Assembly: GCA_951406725.2 (NCBI GenBank)
Contig: OX597824.1
Coordinates: 41,354,001 to 41,418,000 of the forward strand
From: Octopus vulgaris
Taxonomy: Eukaryota
Length of the DNA: 64,000 nt
Direction of reading: 5' to 3'
Part shown: positions 54,946-64,000 of the stretch, piece after piece
Layout of the letters: each line of letters opens with the position of its first letter
Position numbering within the stretch: position 1 is the first letter of the stretch
The notes under the pieces: generated by a model
The model's input: only the letters and a program-made list of their open reading frames with translations
What the model was told of the DNA's origin: nothing
The model's database searches: none
Made by a program: the position numbers and the translations under genes

Positions 54946-55936
54946 TTGCTAAAATTTACCGTAGTAAGATCACGCATCTAGCATGACTCTCTCGTATCAT
55001 TCTTTCACAAAGACACAAAGTGGACGAATAAGCCAGTTTGCATTTCATAAACGTTAACATCAATGTAAAGTATTTGTATATATATATGACTAAGCATAAA
55101 CATAAACTAGTTTCTGAAACATGACTGGTATCTAATGTTATTAAGGTCAATAGAACAATTCCACGATATTTCTTACTAGATGTGTCCTATGTGTGTATAT
55201 ATGGATCGATTTCAAAGATGGTCATGAAAATATAGAATGAGCTGGATTTGGAATGGTTGGGCAATAATACTTGCCATAGCGTTTATGCGAGAAGCCGTGT
55301 GGTTTCATAATCGTGTGAATTCTTAACATTTCTGTTTAGAAATAGACGATGAATGTTACGTATTCCAGTAAAATGTTAGACGATAAATAAATACGCATTC
55401 AAACGCACATATTGAGACGTTCTAGTTTGTCAACGAATGAAGAAGATAGAACTCAATATGTATTACAGAATATATATCATTTATACTAAGTTTATTATCG
55501 CGACTCGGGTTTCACGCTACATATGTTCTCACGTGAACAAGGCAACGTCGTGAAGCTTGGATCGCGGATATATGCGCGTATGTATGCACGTGTGTGTGTG
55601 TATTCAATTATGTATGTATTTAGGTATGTGTGTATATTCGTGTTAAGCTCCTTCTTAGATTTGTGATTTAGTGTGAGCTAGGAAACGTTTAATTTAATAA
55701 GTATAGATTTGGAAGCATCTTTAAATTCAGCCATATAAATCTATTAGTCATCGCTGCGTTGTGCTGTCAATGGGTGACTATTAAACTGGAGAGGAACTCT
55801 AGTGCTCAGCCAGGACCAATAATGCATGTGCATCATAGGGTCTACTTCTATATAAATCACAAAGCATTTTGTGAAGACAATACATCCTGCATGTTCTATA
55901 TCTCTGCAATCTTTCAGCCTTCATCTTCTGTTTAAG

Positions 55937-55995
<59 letters not shown>

Positions 55996-56270
55996 ACACA
56001 CGTATGCACACATCTTTACACGTGAAGCAGTAAATTTCATCTCACAGCCACAAATTCAAAACAAACGGAAAGTAAAGTTAATGTCGGCGGACTGTTATTA
56101 ATAGCAATAGGGAATATATGCTAGTGATGATGGCATGAACTGGATTGATCCTTGCAGGGAGTGGGGTGCCCAGGGGGTAGAGAATAATTTCGTAAGTTTT
56201 AACCTGGATGTAATACCGTCAGTACTTATGGGAAGACAGATTACATTGAGCCCTAGTACACGGCTGGTAC

Positions 56271-56333
<63 letters not shown>

Positions 56334-56363
56334 GTGATAATGATGATGATGATGATGATGATA

Positions 56364-56395
<32 letters not shown>

Positions 56396-56546
56396 AGTAA
56401 TAATAATAATAATAATTAGTGATATGTGTTAGTATGAGGACAAATAAAATATAATGGAAATAAAAAAAGTTAAACGTTAGTTTTTCATTTATGAAAGGGA
56501 AAGAAAAATGAATAAATTAATCTAATAGTTAGATGGTTTATGATGT

Positions 56547-56587
<41 letters not shown>

Positions 56588-57754
56588 ATATATATATATA
56601 TGTGCTTCGTAACGAATGTATGTATCTATGTATGCATGTATATATACATGTATACATAAATATACATATACATGCATATATGTAATATATATATATATGT
56701 GTGTGTGTGTGTCTATAGGAATAGTCCTATATAGATGTAGATGACGACAGATTGATAAAAATTCAAAGATAGACAGAGAAATTGACAATTAGATAAATTG
56801 ACTGATAGACAGATTGACTAATAGAGTATACGGAGGCACTTTTTTTTTTTGTTCAATAAATCATAGAGTACTCTATAAAGCTTACCTGTTAAACCACCAG
56901 GTGGGATAAAATATAAGTCCGTCACATAACAGAAGGCAGATGATGAAATAAAAAAATAATGTATAAAATAGAAAAAAAATATGTCCTTTGCAAGGGTTTT
57001 TTGTTCTTGTTGTTGGCTGTCATTTTCTTTTTTACTTGGTCGCATTGCTATTGTTCTGAGTCAGTACCGTTGTGATATGTATATATATATATACATATAT
57101 ATATAAAGCGCGTGTATGTCTGTACGTTGAGAAAAGTTTCCTCTAGAGTCACGTAACATTGTCCTGATCATATACTGATATGTATCCGCCGTCTTCTTTT
57201 TTGATTCTCTTCATGCTCCTCTTCCTCCTCTTCCTCGTTATTATTATTTTTCTTATTGTCATTATTTTTCTTACTGGTTATTATCATCATCATCATCACC
57301 ATCATTCTCTAATGCCACTTAATGTCTGTGTGTATGTCTTTATGCAGGTATACACATGCATGCACATACACACACTACATACATGAGTGTGTATGTATGT
57401 GCAGGTATGTGTATATGTGTGTATGTATGTTAAAGAAAATTTCAAACATCATATTTGTTGTTCAAGGCACGTGATTTTGAAGATAAAAAAAAAGCGAATA
57501 ATGAATAATGAATAATGAAAGAAATAGAAGACAAAGTATAAAGAAAAATATGTTAATTAATGAAATGATGGCCATGACTATGATGACGATGAGGATAATG
57601 ATGATGATGATAATGTTGAGGACGAGGGTCCAGATGAAGATGGTGGTGGTGATGTTTATGTTCAAAGAGAAATAATAGTTTGTATTTTGGCAACAGGGTT
57701 AAGGACTTTTACATAAATCCATTCGGCTGAAGACACTTTGTTAGAAGTAAGAGT

Positions 57755-57794
<40 letters not shown>

Positions 57795-58099
57795 GTATGT
57801 ATGTATGTGTGTGTTGTTGATTATTAGGATGTTAAAAGGAACTAAAAAAAGAACGAAATTAAATTTTTTAAAAAATGAAAAAAAAAGGGAGAAATTTGCT
57901 AATGCTTATTCCTATTAATAAATGGTATTGATGATGATGATGACGATGATGATAATTTCTTGCATAGGTTGAAGGCCACGACATTTTTAGGGAGAGCTAC
58001 AATCGATCTATCATTTTATCGATATCAGAAAGGATGAAATGCCAAAAAAAAAAAAAAAAAAAAAGCCGCTTGCTCGATTCGAAATCTAGACGTAAATGT

Positions 58100-58153
<54 letters not shown>

Positions 58154-58235
58154 GTATCCGTTTACGTTCATACCGTCTCGCCAATCCAACCAACCACCAC
58201 AGCAGTCAAAATACTTTCGATGATGATGAAGATGA

Positions 58236-58266
<31 letters not shown>

Positions 58267-59765
58267 GATAAATAAATAAATAAATATAAATTACTGCAAG
58301 ATGTTCACATTTTCTTTTCTGCACATGTGTACACGTTTGTTTGTTTGTGTGTGTTTTGTGACTGTATATTTTGAAACTTGTTTTGGGGATTCACTACAGT
58401 TTGTTACATTCCTTAGAATTCTTTAATTGTCTTTTAGCTCATAGTTTAGTTTGATTTGACTGTAAAGAACGATTTTTTTTTGTTTTGGTTTCTTTTTTGT
58501 TCGTTTGTTTTAATCTAACGAAATATAAGGCCAATATTTTTATTTGTTTGTTTTGTAAGAATATAAACCATACGAGAGAAATCTGAAACGTCAAAAAAAA
58601 AAAAAAATGGAGTGGGGTTGCCCGAATAGGGTGCACAGCAAAATTTGAACTCAGAATGGAGAGAATTACATGTTCCATATTCACCATCTCTCTTCACCTG
58701 CTTTTAATTCCCCTACTTTCTCTTTTAGTTTTCTTTTCTTTTTCATTTCTTTTTTTATTTTACGATTTCTCTTTCACACGGACGATATAGTTTGAAAGAC
58801 ATCGAGGAAGAATCCAGTGTTATTACTGATAAGCAATTTTCGTTCCGTCACAGAACTTTTCTTTTCGTCTGTCTTTCTACCAGCACCTCATTTCTTCCCT
58901 AGATTATTTTTAGTTTAGTTATATACTTTGTCACTATTTGAATTATTTTGCAGTTCCTTTCTTTGTTTTTTGTTGATTAATTAATTTATTTATTGTTTGC
59001 TTTTGTTTTTTCCTTTCATTTTTTTTTTACTTTCATGGTCATTTTTGTTTTTGGCGCCTTTTTCATCTGTTTTGTTGTTTATATTTAGTTACAGTTGTTT
59101 GTGTTTGAGATTACTGGTTGTGAATAAGAGTTAGTAAATCTACGATGTTATAGCAATGGGAGTGATACGAGTAAATTGTCCCGTTATAGTATAATGGCGG
59201 TATAGTTTGTACTGGTAATGTCGAGCTTTTGTAATGGAAAAATGCCACTTTGTTCATAGTTGTAATGTTGATATTGATACTGATGTTAACGATAAGGCTG
59301 ATGATGATATTTTGGGATAGGACTGGTTAGGGCGTGCAATGGCCGGGTAGATCAGATTACTGGACTTACTACACCTGCCTGGCTATCTTTTCGTTTGAGA
59401 GTTCGTATTTCACTTGCAGGTATTGTTGCGTTGGTGACCAACCAACGAACTTCGCTTTTATCTTCTCACAGAAAGGTATATAATTTCAAGAGGGGTTTAA
59501 GTCTAGACCACTCATTAAAATAACTTGCCTCGGTTTCATACTTTTAAATAAAGAGGCAGTTGATAATCATTATCATCATCATTATTATTGTTATTATTAT
59601 TATTATTATTGTTGTTGTTGTTGTTGTTGTTGTTGCTATTGTTGTTCTTATTGATGTTAAATTATTGTTCTTAGACAGATCTGGTTGTTGTAGTTGTTGC
59701 TGTTATTATTTGTTGCTATTGTAGATGACGATGACAAAATTCATTGTTTGTATTGATATTCGTAA

Positions 59766-61811
59766 TCAACAAGGTCGGTTAACTGGGGTCAATTGTAAAA
59801 GAATGACCTGTCTATTTTCGGAGGGATGGCATTTGTTGATGTGTCTGGTAAGACCTGGAGAACTATAGAAGCGACTTGAGCAGTACTTACAGGTGAAAAC
59901 CTCGCCACTGTGCGTCCGGCTGTGCTTCTCGAGAGCCGTTTTTGTGGTGAAAATGCTATTACAGTGGTCGCATGATAGGTGGGCAGTGGTTCCGTTACCA
60001 TTGCTGCTGCTGTTGTTGCTGTTGTTGTTATTATTACTGTTGCCGGTCGTGGTGGTGTTGGTATTGGTAGTGGTGGTGGTGGTAGTGGTGTCGGTGCTGC
60101 TGTTGGTGGTTGTTGTGTCAGTGGTCGTGAGGCTACTATTACTACCGTTGCTTGCAATGCTTGTAGCATTAGTGATGGTACCATTTGTTGCAGCTGGAGT
60201 ACTACAGCTGGTCGTGGGGTCCATACTCTCACTACTACTCTCGTTGACCACCATACTAGAACTGTTATTACTCGAGGCACCGTTTTGTGTATTTACATTG
60301 CTGTTTAGCGAAGAAGTCGGCTCTTTGTTGCCATTGGAATCTGTGTTGTCATTGTTGTTGTTGTTGTTGTTATTGTTGTTGTTGTTATTGCTGCTGCTGA
60401 TGTCGCTGTTGTTATTGTTAGCGTTGTTGTTGTTGTTGTTGCTGCTACCGTTGTTTTGCGTGAGGTTTTGATTGTTGTGTTGATGGAGTTGGTGTTTGTG
60501 TTGGAAATAACTATGAGGTGGCGAGTCGGTGGGTTGGTTCTGTAAGTGATTGTGAGTTGAGGGCTGACTAGTTTCACTTTGTTGTTGTTGCTGCAATGAA
60601 AGGTGCTGCTCTGACTGTTGTTGCTGTTGTTGTTGTTGTTGTTGTGGCGGCTGTTGTTGTTGTTGTTGTTGCTTGGCTCGGTCATTGTTATGGTTAAGAA
60701 TATGCTTCTTCAGGTAGGCTTGACGGCGGAACCTTTTGAAACATATCTCACACTGGAATTGTCCTTCTTCGACAGTGGACGACGGACAGTCGTTGATGGT
60801 GACGGCTGGAGGTGAAGCGGACGACGGAGACGGTGATGAGTTCGAATTGAAGTACTGGTGGTGATGTGTGGAAGCTGTGTAGTTGTTCGGCGAGCCAGGG
60901 GGTGACGTTAGCATTCGTGGACTGTCACATTTGTCGCTGGATTCGTCCATCGGATCTCCATTTGTTCCGTTGCTGTGGTTACTGTTGAGAGCAACCGACG
61001 GGATGTTGGCCGGCAGTATGTGAGTGGGGACGTTCTTCTTGTCGGACGCGGTTTTCGGTTTGTGCCAACGCCGATGCGAAGCGAGGTTGGCTGGACAGTT
61101 GAAAACTTTGTCGCATTCAGGGCAGCGATATTCTACATGCACGATGCGTGAGCATCTGTGGCGAGCCAGTTGGAAGGCATCGTCAAAATATTCTTTGCAT
61201 AGCTGACAGACATAGTCGCCAATTTTGTTCTCGATTTTTTCCAGCTCAGCCTTAGCTTCCGCCGTGATCTCTACATAGTTAAAGGCACTGTCAATGTCTC
61301 CGCACACAACTTGTCCTTCCTCGTCCGTATCAGAGATGTCTTTGATGATTGTACCCGATACGGGTGACGTCTTGTCCTCGTCGAAATTAATTTTACGACA
61401 AGCTTTCGGTTTCTTGGGCGTTTTCACCTTTTTCTCGGCTTCGGCCGGACCCCTGCGTTTGTTAGGACTGGAAAGAGCAGCAGTTCCGGTTTCGTTTTTC
61501 ACAGGGGTCAAGTTGACTGGTGAACAATTAGAAACGCTCAGTCTGTCGAAGGCATAAAAGTAATGTGGGGACGGATAACTTGGCAACGGAGACGAGGGCA
61601 GGGTGGTACCTTGTGTCGGGTCCCTGTCAAAGGCATGGAGATCTCTCTCGCGTGGAGTCAATGATATCGGACTTGGAGAATATCCAGAATCTGGAGAACC
61701 GAAATTTGTTTGAATGTGTTCGTGATCAGAGTCACTATCATCGGAATTCCGAACTCTGTAAGAGAATGCCGCAGCATTTTTTGTTCGTTTCACCAAAAAT
61801 CCACGTGGCAT
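59766..61811 (-). CDS. INSM1: Insulinoma-associated protein (INSM1/nerfin family) SNAG-domain C2H2 zinc-finger transcription factor, 681 aa, uninterrupted ORF
   Basis: N-terminal SNAG motif MPRGFLVKR; conserved F-DE-TSPVSGTII block; five zinc fingers (CQLCKEYFDDAFQLARHRC, CPECDKVFNCPANLASHRRWH, CEICFKRFRRQAYLKKHILNH, CDHCNSIFTTKTALEKHSRTH, CKYCSSRFYSSPGLTRHINKCH); INSM-typical C-terminus PSENRQVILLQ. INSM family rather than a specific vertebrate paralogue. Confidence 0.96.
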   Translation of the reverse strand: MPRGFLVKRTKNAAAFSYRVRNSDDSDSDHEHIQTNFGSPDSGYSPSPISLTPRERDLHAFDRDPTQGTTLPSSPLPSYPSPHYFYAFDRLSVSNCSPVNLTPVKNETGTAALSSPNKRRGPAEAEKKVKTPKKPKACRKINFDEDKTSPVSGTIIKDISDTDEEGQVVCGDIDSAFNYVEITAEAKAELEKIENKIGDYVCQLCKEYFDDAFQLARHRCSRIVHVEYRCPECDKVFNCPANLASHRRWHKPKTASDKKNVPTHILPANIPSVALNSNHSNGTNGDPMDESSDKCDSPRMLTSPPGSPNNYTASTHHHQYFNSNSSPSPSSASPPAVTINDCPSSTVEEGQFQCEICFKRFRRQAYLKKHILNHNNDRAKQQQQQQQPPQQQQQQQQQQSEQHLSLQQQQQSETSQPSTHNHLQNQPTDSPPHSYFQHKHQLHQHNNQNLTQNNGSSNNNNNNANNNNSDISSSNNNNNNNNNNNNNDNTDSNGNKEPTSSLNSNVNTQNGASSNNSSSMVVNESSSESMDPTTSCSTPAATNGTITNATSIASNGSNSSLTTTDTTTTNSSTDTTTTTTTTNTNTTTTGNSNNNNNSNNSSSNGNGTTAHLSCDHCNSIFTTKTALEKHSRTHSGEVFTCKYCSSRFYSSPGLTRHINKCHPSENRQVILLQLTPVNRPC

Positions 61812-62530
61812 TTTGAATTCTTGGAGTTATTGGTTAGTATTTCTACTAGTGTTTTATATGTCTGTGTTTACGGTTGGTTTTGTTTTGTTGTTCCCAACAC
61901 TTATGGAATGGTGTTATTTCACAGAAAATAAAGAAAATTTTACAAAACAAGTTATTTCATAGAAGCTTAGACAATAAATAATTTATCCGTATCTATATAG
62001 ATATGATATATGCATGTATGTATATATATGTTGTTTTATAGCAAAAAGGGTACTGATATACATATATATGTATAGTTTATATATGTATATAATTATGTGT
62101 GCGTTTATATATACATATATTTATGCAAATATATAGATATGATAATTAACAACAGATAACGACAGGCAAATATAGTTTATAAATAGACGATATAAATATA
62201 GATATAAATATAGATGGATATGTATATATATATATATGTATATTATGTGTGAATATATGTTTGGTATATAAATGAATATCTGTCTTTTTCTTATACTTCT
62301 TTTCACGTTTTTTTTTATCTTTTAAATTAATTCTTTGCAGAGCAATATAAATAGTTTTAAGGCCAATTTATCGGCATAAAATAACGTTCTTTCAGCGTGT
62401 CTTTTATTTGTCAGAAGAGACATGCAGAATGGTACGAAACCATGGAACATGACTCTTTTAGCTAGATTGTGAAAGATATATAACAGTTTCTGTTGTCTAA
62501 CCTGTATGTCCTCGGCTCCAAATGGCGACA

Positions 62531-62549
62531 CATATGGCCAGCGTGTGAA
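62531..62549. promoter_or_regulatory. Candidate proneural E-box plus Su(H) site upstream of INSM
   Basis: CATATG (62531-62536) and CGTGTGAA (62542-62549) in unique sequence ~720 bp 5' of the start codon; motif match only. Confidence 0.3.
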
Positions 62550-64000
62550 ACATGTTTATTTTCACTGTTGAAAAGTTATCTGAGAATAATGAGCCAGCCC
62601 CGTTGATATGATACTGTCTCCGTCTTTCGTCAGCCTAGTATTTCGCTGTATTCCAATTGGTCAGTTAGTCTGTTTAGTCGATTGGTTCGTTTATCAGTAA
62701 TTCTGATAATGCAGCAGGGGCAGCAGCAGTAGAAGTAGAAGTAGTGGTAGCTATTGTACTAATGTAGCGTGTCAAAATAAATTTATTCCACTCGGCTCCT
62801 TCTTTTTTTTTTTTTCCTGCCAAAAGTTGTCCAACACCAAACACAGAAATGTCTGCTAGTGTTCTGATTTCTTGTTATTTATCTTTCTCCGTCATCTGTC
62901 CTTCGGTTGCTGGGATCTTTTACGAAACGACTATAAAAATGACAAAAAAAAAAAAAAAAAGGAAAAATAAGTGAATAATGAATAAATATAAATACATAAC
63001 AAAAGAAAAACAGATGAAAACCAAAATTAACAAAAAAAATTGAATTCGAAGAAATAATTTGATATTCGTTAGGATCTCGAAAGGTAGAAAAAGTAATTAA
63101 TTTTTTTTCTAAATCACAAAATAATTACTATAACCTTCATATATAGTTATATGTATGTATGCATCTGTGTGTGTGTTTGTGTGTTCAAATTTATGCGTAG
63201 CTGCATATCCAATTTTGTGGTATACATATGTGTATGTATATATGCATATATGAATGTCTGTGTGTTTACATACATACATACATACGCATTTGTATATAGA
63301 CACACATCGAATTACAGAAAAGAATGATTTGTAATTATGCTGTTATGCGTGGCAGCGTTGTTATGTGTGTGAGCAGCCACTCGTGTCTGTGTGTGCGTGA
63401 GCGTGCGTATAACAGGATTTTGTGTCTAATCTATGTAACAATGTAAAACAACCTTCCATGTCACATTTGGTAGGTGTTATTATACCTGATGACAACGGGT
63501 CTATTAGCTGCGAACATGAATTGGCTGTCCGTGAGCGATTTAGAATTGAACTCACACGTTCTGTTCTGAACTATACACTGACATATCGCAAGAATGACAG
63601 CATCATTCGGATACATATTTTATTTGCAAGAACAATTCTTAAAGTTCTGGGACAGGACTGTATAGATATAAATATTTCTTCCGACTTTAAGTTCTAAGTT
63701 CAAATGCTGATGAGGCCTTGTGCCATGAAATCCTTATCAAAACCACAAAACGCTAAAGGAGAGCGCCCCCCCCCCACCACACGCACACACGCACGCACGC
63801 ACGCACACACACACACATACACACACACACACACACACACAAATATATATAAACATATATATGCCTAAGAAATTAAAGCTGCGTTCCTGGTCAGAGAGCT
63901 CTCAGGGAAGTTTTCGCGCGAGAGTAAAAAAAATCATTGACAGTAAAAAGAATGTACATCACGACATCACATCATTCGTAACAGCGGGAAAACAATCAGG

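Noticed and set aside
57464-57471. miR-124 seed match on the INSM strand
   Set aside because: Single short match 2.3 kb past the stop codon; 3' UTR extent unknown.
59789-60815. Alternate-frame and antisense ORFs overlapping INSM
   Set aside because: Shadow ORFs of the trinucleotide-rich coding region.
63703-63735. CTGATGA GGC cttgt GCC at GAAA hammerhead-like string
   Set aside because: Extra bases before GAAA, no stem I or III, and it lies in a decayed SINE B-box region.

Overview
Eukaryotic, AT-rich, microsatellite-saturated genomic DNA. The repeat landscape (tRNA-derived SINEs with internal (TA)n/(TG)n, Tc1/mariner, Penelope-like, R4/Dong and RTE relics) suggests a coleoid cephalopod, probably Octopus; this is an inference. 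The only credible protein-coding gene is a single-ORF INSM1/nerfin-type SNAG + C2H2 zinc-finger transcription factor on the minus strand (59766-61811). The preceding ~58 kb is its downstream gene desert. Almost all other ORFs in the track are translations of simple repeats or decayed transposons. Most notable non-coding observations: (1) at least eight minimal type-I hammerhead ribozyme-like motifs in three distinct families, nearly all at ends of Penelope-like fragments sitting in microsatellites; they include one near-canonical motif (31772-31816) and a foldback carrying two opposed copies (439-600); (2) a ~2.5 kb tandem duplication of a hammerhead-ended unit joined by a perfect 63-bp inverted copy of its flank; (3) an orphan, divergent 5.8S rRNA sequence abutting a SINE head; (4) several foldbacks and inverted SINE pairs that would form dsRNA. 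All alignments and folds were done by eye; no database searches were run.
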